In this document: positions 27,433 through 40,172 of the stretch, piece by piece
How positions within the stretch are numbered: the first letter of the stretch is position 1
Layout of the letters: the number at the start of each line of letters is the position of its first letter
DNA from: Camelus ferus
Taxonomy: Eukaryota
NCBI RefSeq assembly: GCF_009834535.1
Contig: NC_045707.1
Coordinates: forward strand, 57,290,001-57,354,000
Direction: 5' to 3'
DNA length: 64,000 nt
Notes under the pieces: generated by a model
What the model was told of the DNA's origin: nothing
The model's input: only the letters and a program-made list of their open reading frames with translations
Database searches by the model: none
Program-made: the position numbers and the translations under genes

Positions 27433-29449
27433 CATTCATATCAATACTGAAGTTACAGATTACAAATTTTAAAAAGAATGCAAAAAGTAAAGTAGGAGAG
27501 ATCTGGGGTCGAGGATTCTATGAGGAAATGGTTGCAGAGAACATCTTGGAGACATTATCTGTATGCCCCTGCTTTACACTGGCTTAAAGCTATCATATTA
27601 GGGAACATAAATATGTCAAAAGTTACTTTGAAACGAGGCAAGCAATGTTATTAAGATAGAAGTAGCCAGCTAAGAAGATTAAAGCATCTGGTCCTTTGCT
27701 GTTTCCCAAACTTCTAGACTTTTCAAAGGCTTTGGGGTAACAGAACAAAGCATAAAGACAGAGCAAAAACTAAGCAGAGCTACTCTCAGTAGTTGAAATA
27801 GCCAAATGCAAAATGCATATAGTTTTTAAGGCATTGGTTCTGTGCTTTGAGAATGCCTGAAGGTTTTTCAAGAGATCTAGAGATGGGCACAGTTTATTTG
27901 GGTAAAGAAAAGAGATCTAAATGTAAGAAAACAAAAAACCTTTCTCTTTATATATGTGGTACATTCAAGCCACCAGACAATTCTTAGGACCAATTATGTA
28001 CATTTGTAAGAAAAGCTGAAAACTACATTTTGAGTGTTTTAGGGTTTTTTTTGCAAGGAATACACGAAATAATACTGCAGCATCAAATAAAACAATCTCC
28101 TCATTAATTCTCATTGTCTTATACAACTTATAGTGTCTCTATCTGCTTTGTCCACATTAGAGTTTTATTTTAAGATGTGTTCATGTGAATTTAAATCCTC
28201 TTGGCCAGGTAACCCGCTGGCATTTAAATAATTGCCAGCCTTGAATACTAGCATAAAAACTATCAACAAGAAACAGACTGGGATGGTGATAGGTGAATTC
28301 ATTTTTGAACAGTGGATGAAAGGCTGATATGGTCCATGGTGGGTCTTTAAATGTAGTTTTTTGAGAAGTCAGAGTAGGGCAGAGTGAAAAAAAGATGAGC
28401 TTTGAAATTAGGTTCATGAGGGACAGTGGATATATTCCTTAATTTCTCTGTGTATTGATTTTCTTATCTGTAAATAAAGAATAATAATATCTTCTTCCTA
28501 GAGATTCAGGAAAGAATTAATTTTAAAAAAGTGTTAGTTAGCACTCTGGGTGTACCTGCCATGTAAATGGGCCCTCAATCACTGTAACTATCATTATATC
28601 TGCTATTATAGAATCTTAATTTATATCATAGCAATAAAAAGCATTGGAAAAAAAAGCAACACTGTTGTGACATTATAAAAATTCCAGATGTTTATAAATC
28701 ATTGACATCAGATTTTGCCAACAGTTTTGTATTTCAAGAACTTGGCTTCAGTATGCATGAGGAAAAGTGATGGAAAAATAATAATCTCTACTTAAATATG
28801 AAGTACAGTGTCTAGGAAACAGTGTTTTCGTCACTTTCCAATTTAAAATAAGAAAGAAATATTCATCTCAAATGAAATCATACCTGTTAGAATGAGAAAA
28901 ATGTCAAACTCTTTTGGACCTTCTCTTCTTCACAGATGAAAAGTAGAGCAGGGAAAAATGATTATTTTTCTAATGACTATACTTGTCACTTATATACAAA
29001 TAGGGCATCTGTCTGAATGCTCACAGGTAATTCATACTTATGTAGGATGGATTCTGACCTTGCTATCCTACAAAAGATCGTCAGCTTCAGCTTTGCATTG
29101 GTGGCATATATTACAGCAAATTTTCATTCATAGAATCTTCATTCTTCCCTCCCAGCTCAGAGGTGCCAAAAGATCAGTGTATCTTCTTCACCTGCCAGTA
29201 TCTTAAGTGCATCATACAACAGCTGGTATGCTTCAATACTGAATTAATACTGGTTGAATGAATGAGATACTCAGACTATGGTATGCAAGGAACACACTTG
29301 CCACCATGTTTCAGTAGCAAAGGACACAAGTTGCCCTTATACACAGAGAGGCAGGGACACCCCCATATGTGATGACTCTACCAGACAAAAGCTCAATGGA
29401 GGTGATGGTGACAAAGGGGTAGGAGTTTAAGGAACTGCAACTACAGAAG

Positions 29450-29452
<3 letters not shown>

Positions 29453-29489
<37 letters not shown>
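29453..29489. repeat. (TG)n microsatellite
   Basis: Pure TG run. Confidence 0.95.
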
Positions 29490-29491
<2 letters not shown>

Positions 29492-30139
29492 GGCAGGGAA
29501 GTGCAGAGTAGATAATGGAATCAGAGGCTTTAAAGGCAGAGCACCTAGAGAAAGCATTTCTTTGGAATTCTACCTGGGGTTACATATGTGATTGAAACTT
29601 GACCAGGTATAATGATAAGGGAGGCTTTTTGGCCAAGAATCCAAAAAAAAAAAAAAAAATTATGCAGGAGTGAACTAGTAGGTCTTAATACAGTAGAGTT
29701 ACATTATAGGAACACAACTTTTGAGTGGGAGATGGAACCTAACCCTCATTTAATTTGCATTTAATGCCCAAAAGCATGAGACTGATTCCTATTCAGTGAG
29801 GCCTCAGAAGGTACTGACAGTCTGGAAAGAAAGATGTAAGCAGTCAAGGTCATTTCCGTATCTTTTCCAAGAATAGGATGCCATATCCATCTGCTCACAT
29901 GCAAGATTTAGATTAAAATCCAGTAAGCATTACCTACTGTGTGCCAGTGACACTTCATCTTGTTACTGTCTCCCAGGAAACAATTTATTTATATTCATTA
30001 AGTTTACAGAGGCTGATTTATTAAAACAGAATAGAGTAAATCCTCCTGGCAAACAGAAACATTTTATAATTCTCATCCATCATTTGTTCTCTATTAGGAA
30101 TTTTATGATTGTCATAAAGTCAGGAAGTAGAGCAAATAA

Positions 30140-30340
30140 TCTTAGTGCATGCCAGGCACTGTTTCAAACGGCTTACACGGATTATCTCATTCAATCTTCA
30201 CAACCTATTCCATAGGTACAATTATAATCCAATTTTACAGATGTGGAAACAGAGCAAGAGCTATTGCCATTTAGCCAAGGTCACACAGGTTCTAATCGTT
30301 GGATCTAGGATTCAAACTCAGCAGGCTGATTTCACAGCAG
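30140..30340 (-). mobile_element. MIR SINE
   Basis: 'atgccaggcactgtt...attatctcattcaatcttcacaacc...ccaattttacagatgtggaaacagag...ccaaggtcacacag'. Confidence 0.85.
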
Positions 30341-33300
30341 GGACTCGATCTCCAAGCCATTCTCTCACCAAGCACTGAGTCACTCACTCTGGAGGATTTC
30401 CACTTTGTTTTGTCTCAAGTTTGGCACAGTACTCCTCAAATTTAATGTGCTGAAGAATTGCTATAGAAGGGTATAGACCCCAAACCAAGTTTTAAAGATG
30501 ATAGAAGGGGTTTTTCAAGGGTGATTGTTGCCTTACTAGCTGACTTTAGGACTTAACCCTGGGAAGAACCAATCTCAGTGTAATCTGCAAAATCACAGGC
30601 AGCCTGTGAAGCAAATGCAATGCAAGTACAAGCCAGCCCTCCCTAACAGGGTGCTGGGATTGCTAGTTACAGATAAGTTATCTATTCATTAGGGTTCAGA
30701 AGTTCTTAGGTAACACTAGTCTGCTTACTGTATTGCAGTTAGTATATGACATTCAAGATATAAAATAAATACATAGAAATGTATTTTTATTAGCAGTGTT
30801 ACCTCTTCAGACAAGTTTTAATCACTCTTCATTCATTCATTCATTCATTCATTGGTCCCTTTTCTCTTTCCTGCCTTTCTTTCCATCTATTCATTATTCA
30901 TTCACTACTGTGTGTTAGGTGTGTGAACAAAACAAAACAAAATAAAATGAAACTAAAACATGGTCTTGTCCATGTTCAGCTTTTGCCCTTTAAAAGAATA
31001 AGGAGGTTCCACTTTTCTCAGTATTGGCTTACCTCTTAGAAGCATGCCCAGTGCTAATAAAAGGAACTCGATCTTTTGCCTGAAACCATAGAAAAATTTT
31101 GATTTTGTGGAATTATGTCTTCATATTTATATTTTAGAACTCTAACAGGTAAAATTCTGGTACAAGATAAGGATGATAAGACTCATTTGAACTTGGTAAA
31201 TGCATTTGTTTATCATCATCATACTTTCTTTTACTGCTGGATAATAGAAGTAATGTGTTTAGGTCTAAAAATGTCCATCTGTTATCCAGCTGGGGGACTA
31301 ATTACAGTTGTCTATATTCTATTTTTACATTTCTACATTTAAAGTTCTCTTAATAAAAATTCCTGGATTTTAACTTCCAAAATGTTCCACTGATACAAAT
31401 AGAATTAGACAAATTTGATGCCCAAATGCTATTGTATCCAAGTGAAAACTTCTAAATCCAGAATATTATTAAATGAATCCTGTGGGAAGCAGAGATTCCA
31501 AGCCAATAAGATGAACTAATTCAACCTACACCACATTCTGGAAGAAGCACAGCTATAGTCCCTCTATGCAATAAGGTAATGCCTATCTGAGAAGAGCTCA
31601 CCTGATGGAGGTATTGCCAAGTGTTAGAAAAACACCTTAACATATTTGTTTAAATTTTATAATTAACTTGTATTTTGTATATCCAGGAAAATGAATATAT
31701 GACCCATTTTCTCTATACAGTTAAAAGAAATATAAAAATCACCAATAAGCCTCTGAAACAAAGATGTCTTTCTACCATAGAATGCACTCAGGTTTGTAAA
31801 ATATAAAAGATAATTTAAGTGATTTTTAAAATCAAAATAGTCTTTTTCTGTCAAAAAAAACTTAGATTGTGAGGTAAGCAAGGTAATGATCATTTTATAC
31901 ATATAAATGATGACCAAAGCTTGCAAATTTAGTTGGACTGTTTGTTTCACTAAACTATGCAATAATATGTGTGGCCTGATAGAAAGTTGTTTTCCAGAGC
32001 TCTCTTTGAAAGGCAAAGACACAAAAGAAAAGTAAGTTTTCTTTATTTCCTCTTTAAAAAGGATTTTTGCATTTAATAAGCTTGACAACTTACAGTCTAC
32101 AAAGAGTTGTTTTATATGTCTTTTTGCTACCTTCAGTTCCCTCAGGATTTGTGTAAATGCTTCCAAATTTATCAATGGAATGTCTCAAAAAATTTGGAAA
32201 GGCAGTATTAATATTGGTAAAAGAGATGAACATAAAAACAAACAGAAGTGGAAGATTTGAAGAGTAAGAAGATGAATAAAAGGATACTTAAGAAGATGAG
32301 AAGCAAAATACAGGCATTCTTTAACTTGCATGAATGTTAACTTTTAAATTAACGAAGTAGTGAAAAAAATGTGGATAGGAATTTAAAGTCTCAAATTTGA
32401 GGAGAATTTCTCCCCGGGGTTGGTGGTTGTTAGGCAGTGGTATTCTTGATATGTGATTATACTATAACCCAGATCTAAATCATAGTGTGAAGATGAGGAC
32501 TCAGAGAATATGAAAGCCAAATTATTGAAGCTGCATATTTGAAGTCAGAGGTTCTTTCCTGACCTAGAAGAAACTAATCAGTCATTGAGTTGGTGGATCC
32601 CAAAGGACTAGAAAACTACTAAAAAAGAAAAACGACCTGTCAGATGATAATTAAAATTACCTGCAGGCTTAGCACTGATGGTGTACACAGTCCCTAGCAT
32701 GCCGGGGAGACATCTAGTAAAATACCTCTTTCCTCACAAAATCTATTTTTCCATCAGATTACCTGGCAATATTTTCCAAGGAACTATATTTCCAACTCTG
32801 TATTAAAAATGCAAAGATGAATGGCATTTTCTTTGTTTTTAGAATGCCTGAAAAGTCAGCTTTATGGACTGTATCTCTTCAATAACCCAAGGAGTCAAGG
32901 GAGGAAAAAATTCAGACGTAGGATATAAATAATAACAAGCAAAGAAAATACAAGTATAGAGATGAAGGAAAATTGAAGGGCAGAAATATAAATGCTGCAA
33001 TTTTATCTCCACTTTTTCTCCTGAATGATGCTGAATACAACAATTAACCTGGCTCTAACCTCCACCCACACCTCCCATTGGCTCAGTGGGAGCTCTTCAC
33101 AGAGCTACAATTATGAGCTGCACATAACACAAAAGTGTTAACTTGCTCATTTACCATCTCTTCTAGTCCCTAAATATTTTATCTTCTCTCCTGATGTGAA
33201 AGGTCCACTGACATCAAATGCAGATACTTTATGCCAAGAGCTGTAACATTTATATACATCCCATATGAAAATGAAAGATAAAAATCTCATGTCTATGCTT

Positions 33301-36300
33301 TAAATATGTCTTACACACATATGAAAATTTGTCTTACATGACCACTAGCCTGAATAAAAATGCCAATCACTATGGACTAAGATTTACATGGCGCTAAAAA
33401 TTTAGGGCGGGAAAGTTGTCCAAAAAAGGGCTTGAAGTAAGTAGAGAAGATTCCTCTCATCTGATAATATAATTTCCACAGGCTCAGTAACATGTTCCAG
33501 TTTTTTCTCCAGGCTTTGCCTACTAATTTTAAAACTGGTGTTAATAGTAATTAGAACTGGCATAAATGACACAGTGTAGGCACCTCCATTTAAATCTCTG
33601 TAGCCCCTCTCTGTCCTCATCTAGTTCATTTTCTTCAAAACATTTTGACTAAATGAACATATTATCATTATTTCAAAACTTATCTTGGAATGAAGAGGTT
33701 TCCTCACTCATTCCTTAAAACCTCCCCTAATGAAAACCTTATTCTTGATATAATAGCAGTATTTTTGTTACATCCTGTCCGTAACAAAACCTCTCATCTT
33801 TCCCCTGCATTATTTCATTGTTCTTTTTATACTACCTAGAGATAAGATAAGCTACTGCAGTTAGTAGGAGTTCACAAAAGAGCAGAGAGTTATTTGAGGA
33901 TATATACACAGTGACATTTTAGGAAAGCTGTGAGGTGTTAAGAAAACTGAGTCCTCAGAATTTCAGACTTAGGCCACCACATAATTTCCTTTGTCTACTA
34001 GCAATACTTCTGTAGCCAGAATCAAAATCCTCAAAAAAGTAATTTTTTTTCATATCTTCCATTATGGATGATGAAGAAATTGGCATTGACTATTATCCAG
34101 CCAAACAACCAAGCCATAGTTTGGTGTGAAGACCTATCAGTGTGACCTCAGAGTGAATCTATTCTCTTCACACGTGACTAGAACATCATCAGCTGATAGG
34201 GATAATTTTGACTTCCTGTTATTAAATCTATTTAGAACTTGTAATCATTTTTCTGTAATAAATTTTAATACACTAGTTTCAGGAAGAACCTCATTTCACC
34301 TTCTTGCTCAGAAAGCTTTAATGGCCTTCTGAGTAAATTCTAAACCCTTTTAATAGTCTTCTGAATAAATTCTAAACTCCTTAAACTTCTGAATAAATTC
34401 TTTAACTCCCAAAGCCCCTTACATTCCCCTTCCCTATCAGCTTCTTTCTGATCTTAATATTTTGCTATTTCCTTCATGTCTTCCATGTTCCAGTCAAGTG
34501 AACTGTTTCAATAAGAACAAACATGCCGTTGCTTCTTGACTTCATACATTCCGCAGTTCAGCTGAAATGTCTGTTCAATTCTACCTCCATCTAAAAAAAC
34601 CCTCATGTTTTTAAGGACCTAGCATAAAAGCCATCTCTGCCTAGCACAATGCCTTTCATGTTCCATGTAATCCTTTGTTCATATATTTTAACGTTGTGTC
34701 ATTTACCAAGCCCTACCTTTTTCTGGAGATAATTATGACTGCTATATGTTCCTGTAGAGGAAGGGCCACATTTTAATTACCCTTTTCTTGTAAATCTCCA
34801 TAGAACATAGTAGAACAAATATCTTGTACCAAATTAAGCAATCAGTAAATATAGTTGAACTAATTTTTCACTTTAAAATGTATTTAAATGAAGTTTATCT
34901 TGTAGGAAAAAAAATGATTCTTTTACTCATTCTTTCATTCGCTAATGTTTATTGAGCATTGGTTTTATGCCAAGCAATGGATATAGGGTATATAGTTGCA
35001 AACCAAACATTGTCTCTCTGCTCATGAAGTTAACAATCTAGTGTTATAACATAGTGTAATATAAAAAGCACTAAACTGATTGTCACTTGAGTTTGAGTCT
35101 GAGCCCCATTCCTCACTAGCTAGGAAAAGTTGGGCAGTTGATATAATCTCTCTGGATCTCATTTTCTACTGCTGGTTAGATTTGCTGTTCTTTAACATCC
35201 TTTATGGCTCAAAAATATCATTATATTTTATTTTTACTCTGGAGGAACACATTTGGGTGAGTGCAACGTGTTCAATAATACTTATGTCAATATCAGTGCT
35301 GTCTTTTTGTTAGAATTAAGTTGTTTTCTCTCTATTTGAACCAAATACAGTAACAGCATGTGTGGGTATTTTACTGAGTGATATCAAATAGTCATAAAAA
35401 ATAGAAATCAGCTTCAAAAAATATTTTAGGAGGCCTAATATTATTTACAAAAATGTCAATAATAAATACAGGATTAATGTGTATTGCTTTTGACAAATGA
35501 TGACCATACTGAAAAATCCTGACCAGGAAGTTTCCAGGAGTTATGAGTGTATCATCTGTGTTCACTCAGTCAGGCAGTTATGATGGAAATGGTAACTTTC
35601 CTAAATCAATTCTGTGCTTTAAGAAGAAACAATAGCTAGACTATAGAGTGTTATGATTTATTGTAAACAATATTAAAGAGAATACTTCACAAAGTCATTC
35701 ACAGAGTCCACAGTTAGACACTTAAAGGACTTGAAAGCAGAAGAACTTACGTGACTGAGACAGAATCAATCAACTCAGTAGAAAACCCCTCCAGGACTGA
35801 CTAACCCTGGGTCTCGGCCCACTTTTATCAACTCTGTGAAATAGCTATTGCTAATACTCTCTGCTCTTCTCAGACCCACTCGGAGTCTTAGCAGACAGCC
35901 TTGCTGCCTCCATCACTGAAATAATAAGCCTTCCAGTGGTAACTCCCTCAGTCTCCTCTTGCATTCTACAAACTGACCTACAATGGTGTCCATGCTCTCA
36001 TCTTCTGGCTCCACAGAAGGAAGTATCTTCCTCTCACCACTGTCCTATCCCGCCAGCTTTTCCCCGGATGCCTCTCGGTTCCCTCTCACTTTTTTGGTAA
36101 CCATATGCCATCTATCATTGCTTCTCCTGTTTCTTCAACCCTCCATCTCGGCTAGTATTTAAACATGCTCAAGTCTCTTCTTAAACACATCATAAATGTT
36201 CCTTTTTTGAGAAGTCATTTCTGAATCCCCCAGACTGGTTTAGGTTACAGATGCCCATTGTACCATGTATGTTCCTTAACAGCATTTATAATTATTTTAA

Positions 36301-36443
36301 TTGAGAAATATTTCTACCAACACCAGCAATTCCAGTAGGGGGCTGGTGGTCTTGAATACTGCTTTATCTTCAGTGCTTAACACAGTGCTTGGTGCACAGT
36401 AGCCACTTGAAATGAAACGATAGAATGAATGAATGAATGTACT

Positions 36444-36471
36444 TTCTCTCTCTCTCTCTCTCTCTCACTGT

Positions 36472-36508
<37 letters not shown>
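36444..36508. repeat. Compound (CT)n(CA)n microsatellite following an L2 3' end
   Basis: Directly visible. Preceded by 'cagtgcttaacacagtgcttggtgcacagtag...gaatgaatgaatgaatg'. Confidence 0.9.
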
Positions 36509-36510
<2 letters not shown>

Positions 36511-38003
36511 CTGAAGCAAATGGCTTTCCTCACTACTAGTAATAAAATTTCCTCCTAGGCTTTCAAAAAAAGCACCAGTAAGATGATTTTTTTTTAATAC
36601 TTGAGGAGTGTTACAGGAAGAAGTCATAGAGAGAGAGAGGAAAGGAGCTCGTGATGGTGGTCACGGACTCCTGTGAACTGCTGAATATGCACAGCCATCC
36701 AGTATTCCCCTGGGAGGCTTTTACCTGTCTTCTCCAGGGGTCAGAGGAAGCAAGCACCTTGGGTGTAGCCACTGCCTATTAAAGGTACACAGAAACATTA
36801 TGCCTTGCATTAAAACTCTATATCCATCTTTTTGATCTCTTTATCGCTTAATTGTTATAATATATGCTAACAATTCATTTGCAGAGTTCAAAACTGACTT
36901 CAGTATAGAAATTCCAAAATGAACATTTGTGTGCATGCACACACACAGTTAAAAGTAGAAACCAAGCAGAAATTAAAATACAAATACTAGTAGTCTTTTG
37001 GGATAGAGATGATTTTTATGACTTGATGTGAATACAGATTTGAGACTGAGTGTAGTTGCAGTAAAGATATGACCAGTAGAGAGCGCTACATGCACTAAGA
37101 TTTAAATACTCTTTTGACTACTAACTAGTGACAACACTTAATGAAAGAATAGTATTTCTCATTTTAAATTTTACTTAGAGTTCTCTCCAATTAGTAAATC
37201 GATGCATCACTTTTTTTGAAAAATAAACATCTTGTGTTTTCATTGTGTTCCTGTCTCTTTGTTTGGTAGAAATAAAATCTTCAATGAAACAAATATCCGA
37301 AAGTGGATTTTTTAAGGCTCTTAACTTTTAACTTGCTTTAGACAAATACACTGTTAGCTTCTTAGTTGAAAGTTGTGGTCATCATCAGCGATTTACCAGA
37401 TTGCTGGACAGTGCATCATCATATCACATATGTTAAATAGAAAAAAAAATAGTCATCAATCTGTGGCAACTAATTTTTAAAATTTTGGCATCTTAGGTTT
37501 TAGAAATTCAATTAAATATGACATTTCAATAGATGAGAGGTATCAACTGGCATGTGAGAGGATGCATAAATGAAGCAGGAATTAAATGGTCACAGGTATT
37601 ATAATCTGAAAGCATGTCATTGAAAATGGCAAATGGCCACTGTAACACTGGATTATACAGCACAGAGCCATAACTGAGTGGAATTCATGCTCATAAAGAT
37701 GATATAAACAAGAAAGATTTTCATTCTTAATAGTGTTTGAGACAGCAGAAACCTAGAAACAAACAAACCTGAGAGTTCATCTGTAAGAGATGATTTCAAC
37801 AGAATGTTTTGAAAAAGGATTATGTATAAAATATATTGATATGAAGTGATTGTATCACTAGATAAAATAATCAGGGTGTATAGTATAATGCTATGTGAGT
37901 TTTTAAAAAAATATGTGAACACGTGTGTATGTGTGTGTATACACATGTATATGTATATATACACTTTCTGAGAGACAACACCAAATGAAAAAAATCCCTG
38001 GTT

Positions 38004-38132
38004 CACAGCGAAAAAGAATGTTACAATGAATGTATGTATGTTCATGTATAACTGAAAAATTGTACTCAACACTGGAAATTGACACAACATGGTAAACTGA
38101 CTATAACTCATTTTAAAAAAAAAAAATGTTTA
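38004..38132 (+). mobile_element. Young, heavily 5'-truncated L1 3' tail (camelid-like) with 16-bp TSD
   Basis: 'cacagcgaaaaagaatgttacaatgaatg...gaaattgacacaacatggtaaactgactataactc' plus an A tail, flanked by aaaaaaatccctggtt at 37988-38003 and 38133-38148. Confidence 0.85.
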
Positions 38133-39964
38133 AAAAAAATCCCTGGTTAACATTGGTTACTTCTGGTGAGTGAGCTTTTGTAATACCCACTGAGAATCTT
38201 TTTCCCTGTGCGTTGTCTTACACTTAAAATTTCGAAACAAGATTCCCCATTAAAAAGAAAATGTGTAGAGAAAACATTTAATAGAATAGTTGACTTGCTT
38301 GTCCCAGATTAAAAATGGCACAGATTTGTTTACTTTTCTCCATTTATTTGAGACTGCTTTGATTTGGCTTGTTTTGCCACTGCTGATCAATGCAAAATTC
38401 CAGGTGACAGGAACCTGAAGATACTTAGAATTACAACCTTTTTCATTTTTCTTGGGTTCTCCCCTATTTATTTATTTATTCATTTATTTATTATAGAAGT
38501 AGAGTTGATCTACAATGTTGTGTTGTCTTGGGTTTTTTTTTTTCTTTTTAATTTATTCTAGTTAAACCTTTGAGGCCAAAATAAAGTCATCATTGGGTTT
38601 ATTATGCAAGTAAAGCAAGAATTAAAATTAGGAAATCTTTTAAAGAGGAAATTTCTTGGAGACACTGTATTTCAGGAAGCAGATCTACCTTGCACAGCTG
38701 CAGACTCAGGGAATGGCACAATACGATTATAAGCATCAGAGAGATCTACCTACGTTGGCAAGGAGATAGGGGTTCATCCAGGACCAGAAAATCAGGGGAG
38801 GCAGAGGTGCTGAGAGTGAGGCACTGAGTTTAGAAGAGCATAATTTGTTCCTATTGAAAAGATACTTTATGCTTTAAGATACTTTATGCTTCAGGTTGGG
38901 CCCAGAAAGATCATATTGAAATGCAAACCAATTAAGCTAGTAGTAATTTTTGCTTTAAATTAGAGCACCAGAGGATAAAAACAAGAGTTTATAACTCTCT
39001 TCTGAATGTGCTGTCCATGCGAATGATGTATTTTGCTCCCAAACTTGCTAATTACTGGCTGTATGGCCCTCAGCACACCTACAGTAAATTCAGTTAGTGC
39101 CTCAATTACTGTACTGTGTCACAATCTGGGAAGAATTTGAAGGCCTTTTCATCTGTGTCTCCCTAACATCCTTAATTAATTCCATAATACCAGAATTTGA
39201 GAGAAATAAATAAGTTGGCCTGGATTAAGGGGAAAAAATGAAAGTCAGGAATGAAGGTGCTTTTCAGGAGAAAATCATATTTTAAATGAAGCTAAAGTCT
39301 AAAACAAATAACCCTTGACCATCATTAGTGTGCTTCTCAAGGATCAAGGTAACAGAGTTCTCACTTTACCATGAAAAGATTTCTTAGCAACATAGGCACC
39401 CAATTATAATAATCATGTCCCTCCTTTTCTTTAGTTTCTCATGAAATCTCTTAGAAGATCTTGGTCCATTTGGCTAGCAATCTTTTGATTCAAAATTGCA
39501 AAGAGTAGCTTTCTGCTCAGAGGTGTGACATTTTGTTATCTACGTGCAGAAAAGAAAATCTCTCTCCAGTTTCCTCTAAAAGTGAATGTAAACTATCTCC
39601 AGAAAGCATTCACAGACTCTAGACTTTCCTTTTATTTTGTATGCTTTTAACACATACAGATTTACAGCATCATTCTTGTTGATACATCATTTTGTAATTC
39701 ATTCTATGCCTTTTCATTGATGCTTCTATCTCCTTCCCAAAATGTTTTGTAAACTCCTCAAAAATAATATGACTGTTTCCTACTTCTAATTCCATCCCAG
39801 GTCCAGCGTCCTAGTCAGTACTCCAACAAATACAGTGTAGTTTTCTTATTTGAAAAAACAAAGTTTCTATCAAATACAGTGTGACTTATTTTCTGACCAT
39901 TCTAATGTTGCTTGCTCGCTGCTGCATATTTCATCACAATTTCCTATTTTATTTTCTTTGTGGA

Positions 39965-40172
39965 CTTTGTGATATGCTGGTAAATGTTCAACAACTGGCT
40001 TTTCAGAGGAAAAATAAAACTTTCATATGTAGTATTTGCCAATACCCATCGTGTAAATACTCCCACCATAGCCAATCTGAAGATAACAACGTGATGTCAC
40101 TAAAATTGATACTGGGGCAAGAAGCACATAGTTGGGTCTCACATAACAGTGTGAACAGCTTTGGTATATCAC
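39965..40172. mobile_element. hAT-Tip100 (Arthur-like) DNA transposon remnant
   Basis: 'gatatgctggtaaatgttcaacaactggct...gtgtaaatactcccaccatagcca...tatcactg' resembles recalled Arthur-type elements. Confidence 0.5.

Noticed and set aside
31663..32175. 170-aa minus-strand ORF
   Set aside because: Non-ATG start, AT-rich codon bias (F/L/K/I), no recognisable domain and no exon context; probably a chance ORF.
37653..38111. 152-aa minus-strand ORF
   Set aside because: It starts inside an L1 3' tail and runs through low-complexity and old L1-like sequence.
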